Source of the DNA: Synechococcales cyanobacterium VAR_4_metabat_354
GTDB lineage: Bacteria > Cyanobacteriota > Cyanobacteriia > Cyanobacteriales > Chamaesiphonaceae
Assembly: GCA_031414775.1 (NCBI GenBank)
Contig: JANOQI010000016.1
Coordinates: 192,001-256,000, forward strand
Direction: 5' to 3'
Length of the DNA stretch: 64,000 nucleotides
Positions 31,306-42,185 of this stretch are shown here, in pieces. The first letter of the stretch is position 1. Each line of letters opens with the position of its first letter. The notes beneath the pieces were generated by a model. The model was not told the origin of the DNA. It saw only the letters and a list, made by a program, of their open reading frames with translations, and did no database searches. Both the position numbers and the translations under genes were made by a program.

Positions 31306-33162
31306 TCAGCGGCTCCAGCCGATAGGAATTGCAGCGATCAATTTCTGAGTATAGGCTTTTTGGGGCTCGTTATATATTTTATCGGCAGTATCAATTTCTT
31401 CGATCTTGCCTTGATTCATTACCATAATTCGATCGCTCATAAACTTCACTACGCTCAAATCGTGGGAGATGAAAATATAGGTGAGTCGAAACTCTCCCTG
31501 AAGTTCTTTCAGCAAATTTAAGACCTGGGCTTGTACCGAAACATCTAAGGCCGAGACTGATTCATCACAAATAATGAAGCGGGGATTCAGTGCTAAAGCC
31601 CGCGCAATACAGATGCGCTGGCGTTGACCACCCGAAAACTCATGAGGATAGCGATTCATGCTATCGGGGTTGATCCCCACCCGTTGGAGTAAATAGGTCG
31701 CTCGTTCTTGGCGTTCCCCTTTGCCAATCGCCTTTTGGTGAATTTTCAGTGGCTCCATCACAATTTCACCAATACTCATCCGGGGGTTGAGGGAACTGAG
31801 CGGATTTTGAAAGACAATTTGCATTTCCCGGCGCAGTTTTTGGAGGACATTGTTCTTGTACTCCAAGATATTTTGGTTCTCGAATAGCACCACGCCATCC
31901 ATTGGCTCAATTAAGCGGACTAAGGTTTTAGCCAGCGTACTTTTACCACAGCCCGATTCGCCCACTAATCCCAGGGTTTCGCCAGGGTAAACATCAAAAG
32001 ATACATCGTTGACTGCCCAGCGGTAGCGATTGGTCATGCCTAATGCTTGCTTTTCGAGGAAACCTACTCGCAAATTTTTGACTTGTAAGAGCGCTGGTTG
32101 ATGGTAGTCCGCCTTGGCTGTGAAAGTTCGATCGATCTCGTATTCTAGTTCCCGCTCATCGATCACTGCCATGCCGCTATCACGGTCTACTACTTCGATA
32201 AAATCTTGGACGGTGGGCAAATACTGAATATGTTGGTTGACTTGGGGGCGACAGGCGAGTAGACCCTTGGTATAGGGATGCTGGGGATTGTCAAAGAGCT
32301 GTTGCACTGTTTGATGCTCTACGATTTTTCCTTGGTACATTACCGCTACGGTATCGGCCACCGTAGATACTACGGCCAAGTCATGGGAAATAAAGATCAT
32401 GGACATTTGCCGTTGCTCTTTGAGCTGGCGCAGCAAGAGCAGAATCTCGGCTTGGATGGTCACATCTAAGGCGGTCGTTGGTTCATCAGCAATCAATAGA
32501 ACAGGATTGCAAGAAATCGCCATAGCGATCGCCACCCGCTGGAGCTGACCACCAGAGAGTTGATGAGGATACCGATCGAGAAAGTCTAATTGGTATCTTT
32601 GAATGTATTCAGTAACTGCGGCTTCATTTATTTGCGGAGCATTGGGATGAAGGTCACTGTATTGTTGGCGGAGTCGCTCATCACCAGGAATTAGCTGGAC
32701 TTCCTGTAACCGTTCAATGGCCTCCAGCTGAGCGCTTTTCGCAGAAATCTCTTGGTGTTGCAGGATCGCTTCGATGAGCTGAAAGCCGATCGTAAAGACC
32801 GGATTGAAAGAACTCATCGGCTCTTGAAAAATCTGGCTAATCTGGCCGCCCCGATAGTTTCGTCGGAATTTCTCTGGCAAAGTACAAAGATCAATTGCTT
32901 TAGACAGCTGCTCTTGCTGGTAATTAAAACTCCGAAACAAAATTTCTCCGTCCACGAAACAAGAAGTGGGCAAGAGTCCCATAATTGCTAAGGCTGTGAC
33001 TGACTTGCCAGATCCTGATTCGCCCACAATGCCAATGGTTTGCCCGCGCTGCAAACTAAAAGAAATACTATTGACCGCTGGTACCAGTCGATTATTCACC
33101 TTAAACCCGACGCGCAGATCGCGGATGTCTAAAACATGGGGAGGAGTGATGCTTTGTACCAT
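31306..33162 (-). CDS. Oligopeptide/dipeptide-type ABC ATPase with two fused NBDs
   Basis: GESGSGKS and GESGCGKST Walker A motifs, YPHQLSGG / YPHEFSGG and HPYTKGLL. Confidence 0.92.
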   Translation of the reverse strand: MVQSITPPHVLDIRDLRVGFKVNNRLVPAVNSISFSLQRGQTIGIVGESGSGKSVTALAIMGLLPTSCFVDGEILFRSFNYQQEQLSKAIDLCTLPEKFRRNYRGGQISQIFQEPMSSFNPVFTIGFQLIEAILQHQEISAKSAQLEAIERLQEVQLIPGDERLRQQYSDLHPNAPQINEAAVTEYIQRYQLDFLDRYPHQLSGGQLQRVAIAMAISCNPVLLIADEPTTALDVTIQAEILLLLRQLKEQRQMSMIFISHDLAVVSTVADTVAVMYQGKIVEHQTVQQLFDNPQHPYTKGLLACRPQVNQHIQYLPTVQDFIEVVDRDSGMAVIDERELEYEIDRTFTAKADYHQPALLQVKNLRVGFLEKQALGMTNRYRWAVNDVSFDVYPGETLGLVGESGCGKSTLAKTLVRLIEPMDGVVLFENQNILEYKNNVLQKLRREMQIVFQNPLSSLNPRMSIGEIVMEPLKIHQKAIGKGERQERATYLLQRVGINPDSMNRYPHEFSGGQRQRICIARALALNPRFIICDESVSALDVSVQAQVLNLLKELQGEFRLTYIFISHDLSVVKFMSDRIMVMNQGKIEEIDTADKIYNEPQKAYTQKLIAAIPIGWSR

Positions 33163-33202
33163 AGGAATCGGGGGAATAGTAAATTTTTTTGATTATTGGG
33201 GT

Positions 33203-36100
33203 CTACTTGGTCGCCATCCAATTAGCGCCCTGGCCAATTTCTATCAGCAGCGGCACCTTTAGTTGCACAGCACTCTCCATAATCTGCTTAATTTGGGGTT
33301 GGAGTTCCTCCCATTCATTATTGGGCATCTCTAGCACCAGTTCATCATGTACTTGCAATAAAATGTTAGCTTGATAATCTTGCAGTAATTGGTGCAGTTT
33401 AATCATCGCTATCTTAATAATATCGGCACTGGAACCCTGAATGGGGGCATTAGCAGCTTGGCGCAGGATGCTGGCATCATTGTTGCTGATCTTACCTAAA
33501 TCATCTAAATTAATATCTGCAATCGGAGTTCCCTGTATCCTCCGTAGTCTCCCACTCTCAAATCGAAAGTAGCGGCGACGACCACAGATGGTTTCTACGA
33601 AGCCCTGACTAAGCACCTGTTTTTTGACTTGTTCTAAGTACCTGAAAATCCCGGCATATCGATCGTAGTATTTTTCAATAAATTCTTTACCAACTGCATT
33701 AGTTACGTTGGCCTCCCGTGCAAACTTCGCTGCGCCCATGCCGTAGATCACGCCAAAGTTGATGATTTTTCCCAAGCGTCGTTCTTCTTTACTGATTTCT
33801 GATTTCTCAAATAGTAATCTAGCGGTGACAGCATGGATATCCTCCTGGTGCTGATAGGCTTGCACCAGCACCGGCTCTTGGCTGAGGTGTGCCAAAATGC
33901 GTAGTTCAATTTGAGAATAATCGGCGCTTACTAGCGTCCAGCCAGCCTTGGGCAAAAAGGCTTGGCGTAGTTGCCGACTGAATTCGGTACGAATCGGAAT
34001 ATTTTGGAGGTTTGGTTCGGAGGAAGACAAGCGGCCAGTACTGGTGACGGCTTGGTTGAAATCAGTGTGTACCCGACCGGTTTGGGGGTGTACCAATTTA
34101 GGCAAAGCATCAGTATAGGTAGATTTCAGCTTGGATAGAGTACGATGCTGGAGAATCAGATCGACGACTGGATGTTGACCTTCCAGTTTTTCCAGGGTCT
34201 GGGCATCGGTTGATAAGCCGGACTGAGTTTTCCGAATGCCCTTAGTAGGCAGACCCAATTGTTCAAACATTAACTCGGCCATCTGTTTGGGCGAGGCCAT
34301 ATTAAATTCGTTACCGGCAGCGGCATAAGCCTGTTTTTCGATTTGCTCTAATTCAGTCGCCAACTGTTGAGAAAAAGATGCCAAATATTCCACATCAATC
34401 CGAATACCTCGGTCTTCGATATCGGCCAGTACTGGTTCTAAGGGCATTTCGATCGCCTGCCACAGCTTCAGCAAGGTCGGCTGCTCGCTCAGAGCTGCTT
34501 TGAGGTGGGCAAATACGCCTCTGGTGGCGTAAACATCCATGCCACAGTATTGAGCCACTGCTGGAATGTCAATATTAGCAATGGTTTGGCCTTTCGGGAC
34601 TAGCTCTTTGTAGCTGGTGGAATCCAAACGCAGATAACGTTTAGCTAAGTCAGTGAGATTATTTTTCTGATCAGGATTGAGGACGTAACTGGCTAACATG
34701 GTATCGGCCACCACTCCAGCTAAGGTAATTCCTTGATGACGCAGAATCAATCGATCGAACTTAGCATTTTGTAGAACCTTCGGATAATGCTCACCTTCTA
34801 AGATCGATCGCAGATGCTGAAAAACTATTTCCTGACTAAGATTTTGCCCCTCTAGATGATTGATCGGAATATAGGCCACATCCTGAACCTCGGCTCCCCA
34901 ACAACAGCCGATGCCCACTAGCTGCACATCTCTAGCAATCAAGCCGGTTGTTTCCGTGTCCCAGGCGACTGGCTGCTCCGGGTCTTGTTGCTGTTCGAGA
35001 ATAGCTACTAATTCTTGTAATTTGTCTGCGGTATCGACCAGCATCAAAGGTAAAAATATTTTTTTCAGCGGGGGTGGAGCATTTAATTCATCGACGGCAC
35101 TAAAAAACCAAATATCATCGTCATCGTCATCACTCACTGCTAGCGGTTGTTTTTTAGTCTTCGTCGCCACCCCACTCAGAGCAACGGCAATAGATTGGAT
35201 GTCTTTAATAAACTTTTGTAGCTCTAGCCTCTCTAGCATCGGCAACACGCGCTCGGGCTGGAAACCTTGGAGCTTAGTCTCAGCTAAGTCAATTTCCAGC
35301 GGCACATCGATGACAATTCTGGCTAAATGCTGGGAGTGGTAGGCACTGTCTTTCCCTTCTTTCAGTTTGATTTGCTTGCTACCTTTGACTTGTTCGATCG
35401 ACTCATAAACCCCATCTAAGGTCTCAAATTCCTGCAATAGGGGGGCGGCACTTTTGGCTCCAATGCCGCGCACCCCCGGAATACAGTCAGATGGGTCGCC
35501 ACACAACGCTTTATAGTCCACAATCTGGTCAGGACGCACCGCCATTTTGTCGAAAACCGCTTTTTCGTCAAAAATTGCTGGCCCTCCACTGCTGCGCTGA
35601 TAGGGACTTCCCGAAAAATACAAAACACTGACTTGCTCTTGGTCGTTCACTAGCTGAAACATATCCTTATCGCCAGAAGCAATTTTGACCTGATAACCCT
35701 CGCTACTGGCGCGGGTTGCCAAAGTGCCGAGCACATCATCAGCTTCATAACCAATCGCCGTAACCATCGGGATATTGAGAGCCTTCAAAAGTTGGTAAAG
35801 GTTTTGAATGTCTGGGATAAAGTCTTCTGGGGTTTCTTGTCGATCGCCTTTATAGTTAGCATCCATCTCATGGCGAAAAGTTGGATTGGGCAAGTCAAAG
35901 GCGATTGCTAAGTGCTGCGGCTGATAGGTATTCACAATTTCCAGCAGCGACTTCAAAAAGCCAAAACAGATGCTGGTGGGAATACCATCAGTAGTTTTCA
36001 TGCCACCATCTTTATTCTTGGCGTAGGCATAGAAAGATCTAAATGCTAGGGAATGGCCATCAATTAATAGCAATTGAGGAGAAGATGAGTTCATTATCAC
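33203..36100 (-). CDS. polA: DNA polymerase I
   Basis: LIDGHSLAFR, EADD, DTETT, TGRLSSSEPNLQNIP, ADYSQIELR and QVHDEL motifs. Confidence 0.97.
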   Translation of the reverse strand: MIMNSSSPQLLLIDGHSLAFRSFYAYAKNKDGGMKTTDGIPTSICFGFLKSLLEIVNTYQPQHLAIAFDLPNPTFRHEMDANYKGDRQETPEDFIPDIQNLYQLLKALNIPMVTAIGYEADDVLGTLATRASSEGYQVKIASGDKDMFQLVNDQEQVSVLYFSGSPYQRSSGGPAIFDEKAVFDKMAVRPDQIVDYKALCGDPSDCIPGVRGIGAKSAAPLLQEFETLDGVYESIEQVKGSKQIKLKEGKDSAYHSQHLARIVIDVPLEIDLAETKLQGFQPERVLPMLERLELQKFIKDIQSIAVALSGVATKTKKQPLAVSDDDDDDIWFFSAVDELNAPPPLKKIFLPLMLVDTADKLQELVAILEQQQDPEQPVAWDTETTGLIARDVQLVGIGCCWGAEVQDVAYIPINHLEGQNLSQEIVFQHLRSILEGEHYPKVLQNAKFDRLILRHQGITLAGVVADTMLASYVLNPDQKNNLTDLAKRYLRLDSTSYKELVPKGQTIANIDIPAVAQYCGMDVYATRGVFAHLKAALSEQPTLLKLWQAIEMPLEPVLADIEDRGIRIDVEYLASFSQQLATELEQIEKQAYAAAGNEFNMASPKQMAELMFEQLGLPTKGIRKTQSGLSTDAQTLEKLEGQHPVVDLILQHRTLSKLKSTYTDALPKLVHPQTGRVHTDFNQAVTSTGRLSSSEPNLQNIPIRTEFSRQLRQAFLPKAGWTLVSADYSQIELRILAHLSQEPVLVQAYQHQEDIHAVTARLLFEKSEISKEERRLGKIINFGVIYGMGAAKFAREANVTNAVGKEFIEKYYDRYAGIFRYLEQVKKQVLSQGFVETICGRRRYFRFESGRLRRIQGTPIADINLDDLGKISNNDASILRQAANAPIQGSSADIIKIAMIKLHQLLQDYQANILLQVHDELVLEMPNNEWEELQPQIKQIMESAVQLKVPLLIEIGQGANWMATK

Positions 36101-36248
36101 GCAAAATAGAACCGTTGTATTAATATAGCAAAAGCTTGGCAGTTCTGAAAAATACCATAATCTTCGTTATCACAACAAAATAGGCACTGATTGGTCGCTC
36201 AGTACCCATTTTGATTTGTTTATCCGCAGATCTCAACTTCCCTCTCAA

Positions 36249-37883
36249 TTAGCCAGTTCTACCACCTATTCGTCTAGTCTTAGCTAGTTTGGTCTCTCCA
36301 GACAGCCCCGTTAACTCTTTATTAATTAACTTGGATAGTTCTTTACTATTCATCAAAGACACATCCATACTACTTAAATCAGAGACATCCCAGATGTTTA
36401 GGTCATCAGAGAAGTCATAGTCGTTTTGGTGACGACTTCTGACTAACTGCATGCTAGAGCTATTGGCTCGTTTCTTGTCTCGTCTAGCTAGAAATAGAAT
36501 CATACTGCTTGCCAAGAAAAGACCACTTAAACCACCAAGCAATAGAAATAAAGTCTTTTTCCCAGCGGCTGGAGTATTGGGAATATCTGCTCTTGAAATA
36601 ATCCGGGCAGAAGACTTCTTATCATTTTCAGCCAACTGTAATTCTTCAGATTTTTTCAGTAGATTTTGATAAGTAGTTTGTGGTATCTCTAGTCTTCTTT
36701 CCAAGTCACGCAGCTGTTGTTCCAGCTGCGGTAAGATTTTCAGTCGGGGTTCATAAACTGCTTTGGAGTTGTATAGAGAGGCTAACTTTTGAGCTGTCCC
36801 CAATCTTTGAACTTCCGATTGGAGAAAATTCGATATCATCGTTTGCTTCAATTCCCCCATCTCGATCAGTCCCATTTTGGCTGGCGCCTGTGGCCCAGCA
36901 ATTTGTACGACTTCTTGCTGTAAAAGTTTGCTCAAACTGGCTCTTTTAGCTGACAAATCAACAATTATCGGATTTTCATCTTGAAATTGACCCCGAGCCG
37001 ATGCTATTTGCCGCTCCAAATCTTTCAGTTGTAACAATGTTTCTTTTACTGTATTCGATTGGCTCAGAGCACTAGCCACCATTGCATCTTGAGCACTCAG
37101 ACCGACATTCGATCGAAGTTGATTGGTTTGGGCTGTAATTTGACCCAACTCAGATTTGGAAGCATCAATTTGATTATCTATAGTTCTAAGAGCGGCAACT
37201 GCGGTCTTCTTTTCCTCAGCTAAATCTACAACGCTATACTTTTGTTTGAAGGTGCTTAGCGCCACCTCTGCTTTCTGGACAGCCTGATTATATAAAGGTA
37301 GCTGCTTACTGATTAATGATAAAGTGCCTTTCGCATCAGAGCGATTTACAAAAACATCATTCTCTATATACAGATCCATCAACGTATTGACTACTGCTGC
37401 GGCTACTTCTGGCTTTTCATTCTCGTAGTCAATTGTTAGTACATCTGTGCCGCCAATAACCTTGATCTTGAGAGCTTTTGCTAGGTTATCAGCTAATAAG
37501 ACTTTCCCTTGAGTATCTTTGGGCTGTATTTTGTCAATAGTTTTCTGTAGTAAGGAATTAGATAAAATTACTTGTACCTGCGTATTAACAGGACTTTGGT
37601 TTTGCACCAGTGGGATTAAATCTCCTTTGGCGTTAGCCGAATCTTTGTCTGATGATGACAAGGTAAAGGGGGCAGCTTTAAAAAGGAGCTTACCAGTTGT
37701 TTCATAAGTAGGCTTAAGCAGAGTTGTTGCCAGAGCACTGATGGCCAGAGATGAAAGAAAGATGCTGACAGCAGGGATCCAATGACGGCTGATCGTTGAG
37801 GAATAACGATTTAAATCTACATCAATAGTATCTCTATATTCCTTGGCAGATTGTCGAATGAACGATTGGCGTGAAAGTGTCAT
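36249..37883 (-). CDS. GumC/Wzc-like polysaccharide co-polymerase lacking the tyrosine-kinase domain
   Basis: Two TM segments flank a long coiled coil. PTYETTGKLL and AAAVVNTL motifs are present. No Walker A after TM2. Confidence 0.8.
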   Translation of the reverse strand: MTLSRQSFIRQSAKEYRDTIDVDLNRYSSTISRHWIPAVSIFLSSLAISALATTLLKPTYETTGKLLFKAAPFTLSSSDKDSANAKGDLIPLVQNQSPVNTQVQVILSNSLLQKTIDKIQPKDTQGKVLLADNLAKALKIKVIGGTDVLTIDYENEKPEVAAAVVNTLMDLYIENDVFVNRSDAKGTLSLISKQLPLYNQAVQKAEVALSTFKQKYSVVDLAEEKKTAVAALRTIDNQIDASKSELGQITAQTNQLRSNVGLSAQDAMVASALSQSNTVKETLLQLKDLERQIASARGQFQDENPIIVDLSAKRASLSKLLQQEVVQIAGPQAPAKMGLIEMGELKQTMISNFLQSEVQRLGTAQKLASLYNSKAVYEPRLKILPQLEQQLRDLERRLEIPQTTYQNLLKKSEELQLAENDKKSSARIISRADIPNTPAAGKKTLFLLLGGLSGLFLASSMILFLARRDKKRANSSSMQLVRSRHQNDYDFSDDLNIWDVSDLSSMDVSLMNSKELSKLINKELTGLSGETKLAKTRRIGGRTG

Positions 37884-38165
37884 TTAAGCTACCTTTTACA
37901 TCTCTCTAATATCTATTAATTCATCTGTACCGAAAATGTGGAAAATTTGGGCTAGACTTGGTACCACTATAACCGGAAGCTGTGTCTATGAGACACGCAA
38001 AAATTGCTGAAGTTAAAGGACAAAGCTTTACTATAAATTGCTGACACTGAGTTTTGGCAAGTTAAGAGAAATATCTCTTTCCCCAGTTTGACAGTAGCTA
38101 CGTTAGTTTTTATTTAGGAAAAGCTGCTTTAAAAAATCCTTTGCTCTAGAGGATTGGGATGTAAT

Positions 38166-39500
38166 TCAAAAGTGTTGATCTATGCTTGAAAGTGTAAATT
38201 CAGATGCACTAGACCGAGAAGCTTTGCTTTTTTTGGCTTGACGCCAAAAAGTTGATAGTTCGGCCTCGATCGGTAGATTGAGGGATAAAAGTAAAGATGT
38301 TTGAATAATATAAAGAAAACTATTGGCTTGAACAAGGCCACTTTCGGCAATATTAGATACTAGGATAAAGATAAAAAATATTGCTGGCCACAGACCATCA
38401 GCTGTTTGCACCTGCTTAATATAAAAAAGTGCCCGTTTCAAACCAATAAAAAATACAAACATGTACATTAAGAAACCGATTAGTCCTACATCAAGAAAAA
38501 GCTCTAGATAACCACTGTGAGGATGCATTGCTTTGAAAGGTTGTGCTAACCAAACATAAGCAGATGGACCATCAAACCCTTGCCAAAAAGCACCATATCC
38601 GTAACCTAGCCAAGGACTTTCTTGAATCTTATCCATTACAGAAGCCCACAGTTCCGTTCGACCAGTTAACGATGAATCTTTACCTAATACGTCAAAAATC
38701 ACACCACTATTTGATGAAGCCATGGTGTATAAAATAAACGAAACCGATGATATACCAGCTAGTACGGGAATCATTAATTCATAGTTTAAGCGCAGAATTG
38801 GTAATAAGAAGAGAGCTGTACCCATTATTAAAATATTTATGGCAGCTGATGATGATCTGGATAAGACTACCAATAATATTGAAATGCCAGCTAAAACCCA
38901 AAAGAACCAAGATTTTTCAGAATTTTTCTGAGAACTTTGAGCTAGTAGGAGAAAAACAGTAGCGGCAATTGACATAAATGGACCAAATGCATTTTTATGC
39001 ATATATATCCCTCTCCAAGCTCCAGTATGAACGCCAGCCATAATTCCATAATTTGGTAAACCGATAACGAACAAAAAGCTCATCACAATAATGACAAAAG
39101 ATACCCATCCTAACAACTGTAATTGTTCTTTTAAGCTGTAGCGACTGGCTAAGTAGAATGCGAAAAATGTTGTGCCGGTGAAGAGAAGTGTATGGTTGAA
39201 TGTTGCTGATGGTGTTTGAGACCATATATTAGAGAAGATGATTATGCCAGTGAAAAGACAAATTGGCCAACCTCTGACTACCAAAGGCAATACCTTTTTC
39301 CATCTCAAAATTAGTAAGAAAAAACTAATAGCATAAATTACCAGATACAAGAATATTACCAACGGCATACTAGTAACGCTGTCGGTGCCGTCACCTTCAC
39401 TGGTGCCTCCATCCAAAATAACCATTAATGGTCCGCCGGATAGATGAACTAAAGCCAATATGGCAAAAGGTTTTTCCAGTGAAAATAATATTTTTTGCAT
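38166..39500 (-). CDS. O-antigen ligase/Wzy polymerase family protein (ExoQ-like)
   Basis: GAWRGIYMHKN, LTGRTELW, PWLGYGYGAFW and HPHSGYL motifs. Confidence 0.85.
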   Translation of the reverse strand: MQKILFSLEKPFAILALVHLSGGPLMVILDGGTSEGDGTDSVTSMPLVIFLYLVIYAISFFLLILRWKKVLPLVVRGWPICLFTGIIIFSNIWSQTPSATFNHTLLFTGTTFFAFYLASRYSLKEQLQLLGWVSFVIIVMSFLFVIGLPNYGIMAGVHTGAWRGIYMHKNAFGPFMSIAATVFLLLAQSSQKNSEKSWFFWVLAGISILLVVLSRSSSAAINILIMGTALFLLPILRLNYELMIPVLAGISSVSFILYTMASSNSGVIFDVLGKDSSLTGRTELWASVMDKIQESPWLGYGYGAFWQGFDGPSAYVWLAQPFKAMHPHSGYLELFLDVGLIGFLMYMFVFFIGLKRALFYIKQVQTADGLWPAIFFIFILVSNIAESGLVQANSFLYIIQTSLLLSLNLPIEAELSTFWRQAKKSKASRSSASEFTLSSIDQHF

Positions 39501-40301
39501 GAATAAATAGGTCTATTTAGCCTTGATATATTAACAGTTTTAGAGTGAATATAGTGGTCATGAAAGGTTGCCGCTGAATAGTATTTTTACCTTTTAATCT
39601 CTAAGTTATTTTTGGTATTTGTTGTCTTATGGGCAACTTATTGCTTAGATATATGACCAGTTTAGAATTTTCAATCTTGCCAAACTTTGAGCAAATTAAA
39701 TACATGAGTCATGGATGACTAGACAATTTCTTTCTAGAAAGACTGTTTGATTGTTTTTTATATGTATTTTGCTTAAACATTTATCTATATTGTGAGTAAT
39801 TATATCAAAGGGAACTGATCATGACCTCAGTATTTTGGCCATAATTTGTTTTTCAGTCTTGTTGTGTTTTGATAGTGAAAATGGCGAAGACCATTTCACC
39901 TGCTTCAAAATCCAATCTGATTTTTGTTTCCAGCGCTGGTTTCTTGATATCTTTTGACATGATTTTCAGGAAGTCTCAGACTGTCTTTGGTCTAGTCACA
40001 AAGTTATGGTGCCTGATTATTGATGATGATTTTAGAATATCTCAATGTCAGTAATAGGATCAAGCTATTGCTAGTTATGAACTGTTATTACAAATACTCT
40101 GAAAAGGAAGATTATTTTAGTAAAAGATTATACGTAAATATTCTAGCTGTCCGAATTATTGAGAACTGAATTGATGTGTAGACTTTTGCCTTTTCTCAAT
40201 CAGCAATTCAGTTTCTACGCCTTGCTGGTATGAGATTTACAGGGAAGTTATAAGTCACTGCGAGTATTATCTAGTATCGGTTGCCATATGTCTGCAATAA
40301 T

Positions 40302-41465
40302 TCAGAGCGATCGAACTGATTCTACCCAGCTACTGACTAGTAGTCTTTGACAAGCCCCATTGGGTTGCAAACAATAGATACCACTGCCGTTGGTATAGAC
40401 GATCGAACCATCATGGCTAAGATCGTAGGATAGTACTCCTTGAGCTAGCACTTGTGGTTCACCACCTTGCAATGATTGGCGCACTAACTGCCAGCTAGCT
40501 GGCACTAAGGAGGGAGCATCTGGCTCGCTAAAAGACTGCCCTTTCATCAGATCTGGATTGAGGTATTCGCCCCAAGCTTTAATACCCTTGGGTTGAACTT
40601 GTTGGTTTTGATTGGTACGCAGCAGAGGTTTACCCGTATACATTTGGGTGAAAAAGTTGAAAAAACGAAACATAGCTTCAACTAGCTGAACAGGTAGCAA
40701 CAACATGTTCTTAATTGTTTGCCACAAACTTGTCTGGGGCTTGAATTGATAAGGACGGCGAATGTAATAAAGTAATCCATCGGCACCAATTTGAGGCGCT
40801 ACCAAATCGGACTTAGGATCAGCGGCCAGCGTATTCATCTCTTCGGTGTCAAAATCTAACTTCTCGATCGTAAATGGTGCCCGATCGCCCACGAAGCCAT
40901 CACTGGTGCGACCAATCCCGGCCGATTGATACACAATTACTTGGTGCTGCCCTGGCACCCACCGTGGAGCCAAATCTAAGGAATCGCCTTCAGTTATTTC
41001 TTGCAGCTTAATGCTGTCACGAGGCATAGTGGCAATATTAGCAATACCGGTACGGTGGGTTTTGGTGCAGACAATTAAATTATGGCCGGGATGAAAATCA
41101 GGATCTTGCACCTGAAATTCAGAATTATGGAAGAGCCGATCCTCTCGATCGGACTCCGGGCTATAGGCAAATAGACCGGACACATTGCCAGCACTCAGCG
41201 CATAGAGCAACTGCCCGCCAGTCACCTGACAGATGCTAGTGATGGCGATATTGATGATCGATTCAGCTGCTTGGTCGAGCTTCTGCCGTAAACCCTCTGG
41301 TACAGTCGTCTCGTTCAAGCTTTTATTTTTCCAAGCTTTTTGACGTTGCGCCTGCAAATTACGAGCTTGAACTGACCTACCAAAATCACTTTCCACTTCC
41401 TGATGGCGATCAGTATGGTGTAAATAAAGTTTGCCTTGAGACAAGTAGGCGAAATTTGGAGTCAT
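40302..41465 (-). CDS. Conserved hypothetical protein, probable beta-propeller (TolB-like repeats)
   Basis: ITEGDSLDLAPRW-type repeats. Likely start MTPNFAYLSQGKL at 41465. Confidence 0.6.
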   Translation of the reverse strand: MTPNFAYLSQGKLYLHHTDRHQEVESDFGRSVQARNLQAQRQKAWKNKSLNETTVPEGLRQKLDQAAESIINIAITSICQVTGGQLLYALSAGNVSGLFAYSPESDREDRLFHNSEFQVQDPDFHPGHNLIVCTKTHRTGIANIATMPRDSIKLQEITEGDSLDLAPRWVPGQHQVIVYQSAGIGRTSDGFVGDRAPFTIEKLDFDTEEMNTLAADPKSDLVAPQIGADGLLYYIRRPYQFKPQTSLWQTIKNMLLLPVQLVEAMFRFFNFFTQMYTGKPLLRTNQNQQVQPKGIKAWGEYLNPDLMKGQSFSEPDAPSLVPASWQLVRQSLQGGEPQVLAQGVLSYDLSHDGSIVYTNGSGIYCLQPNGACQRLLVSSWVESVRSL

Positions 41466-41623
41466 ACAGAAGATGCGGCAAACGAACATACTGTTCATTA
41501 TGCCCATAATCTTAAGTTTCCGGACATTGATTTTTTGATCGGATCTCTTGCCGCCCAAGGTATTCTCATGACATAATAAAAAATTGTGTTTAATTTTCAA
41601 TCCTTTCTGGGATCTAGGAGTCT

Positions 41624-41818
41624 ATGGCAGCCAAAAAGGGAGTTCGGATTATCATTACGCTCGAATGCACCGAGTGTCGGACTAATCTAGCGAAGCGCTC
41701 ACCCGGCGTATCGCGTTACACCACCACCAAAAACCGTCGCAATACTACTGCCCGGTTAGAGGTCAAGAAATTTTGTACGCACTGTAACAAACACACAGTC
41801 CACAAAGAAATCAAGTAA
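41624..41818 (+). CDS. rpmG: 50S ribosomal protein L33
   Basis: [11 protein letters not shown]...[28 protein letters not shown]. Confidence 0.97.
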   Translation: MAAKKGVRIIITLECTECRTNLAKRSPGVSRYTTTKNRRNTTARLEVKKFCTHCNKHTVHKEIK

Positions 41819-41868
41819 TTAGCGGTATTACCGTTTATACCAATTCACTAAAATTTTAATTAATTATC

Positions 41869-42084
41869 ATGGCTTACTTTCGCAAGCGCCTTTCTCCCAT
41901 TAAACCGGGCGATCCGATCGATTACAAAGATGTTGAACTGCTCCGTAAATTTGTGACTGAGCGGGGCAAATTGTTACCGCGTCGCATTACCGGACTCACT
42001 GCTAAGCAGCAACGAGACGTGACTCTAGCCATTAAACGTTCACGTCAGATTGCTCTGATGCCCTTTATTAACGCCGAAGGTTAA
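41869..42084 (+). CDS. rpsR: 30S ribosomal protein S18
   Basis: [26 protein letters not shown]. Confidence 0.97.
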   Translation: MAYFRKRLSPIKPGDPIDYKDVELLRKFVTERGKLLPRRITGLTAKQQRDVTLAIKRSRQIALMPFINAEG

Positions 42085-42185
42085 TCATAAGTTGATCATG
42101 CAGATCGATAGGAATGCCTAGCTAGAGCTAAAATAAAAGCTAGGCATAGCCGCCTGCATCATTACATCACAAGGTAGTTAACTGG

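Noticed and set aside
39869..40054. 61-aa ORF in the AT-rich intergenic region
   Set aside because: TTG start, no RBS and no recognisable motif. Likely non-coding.
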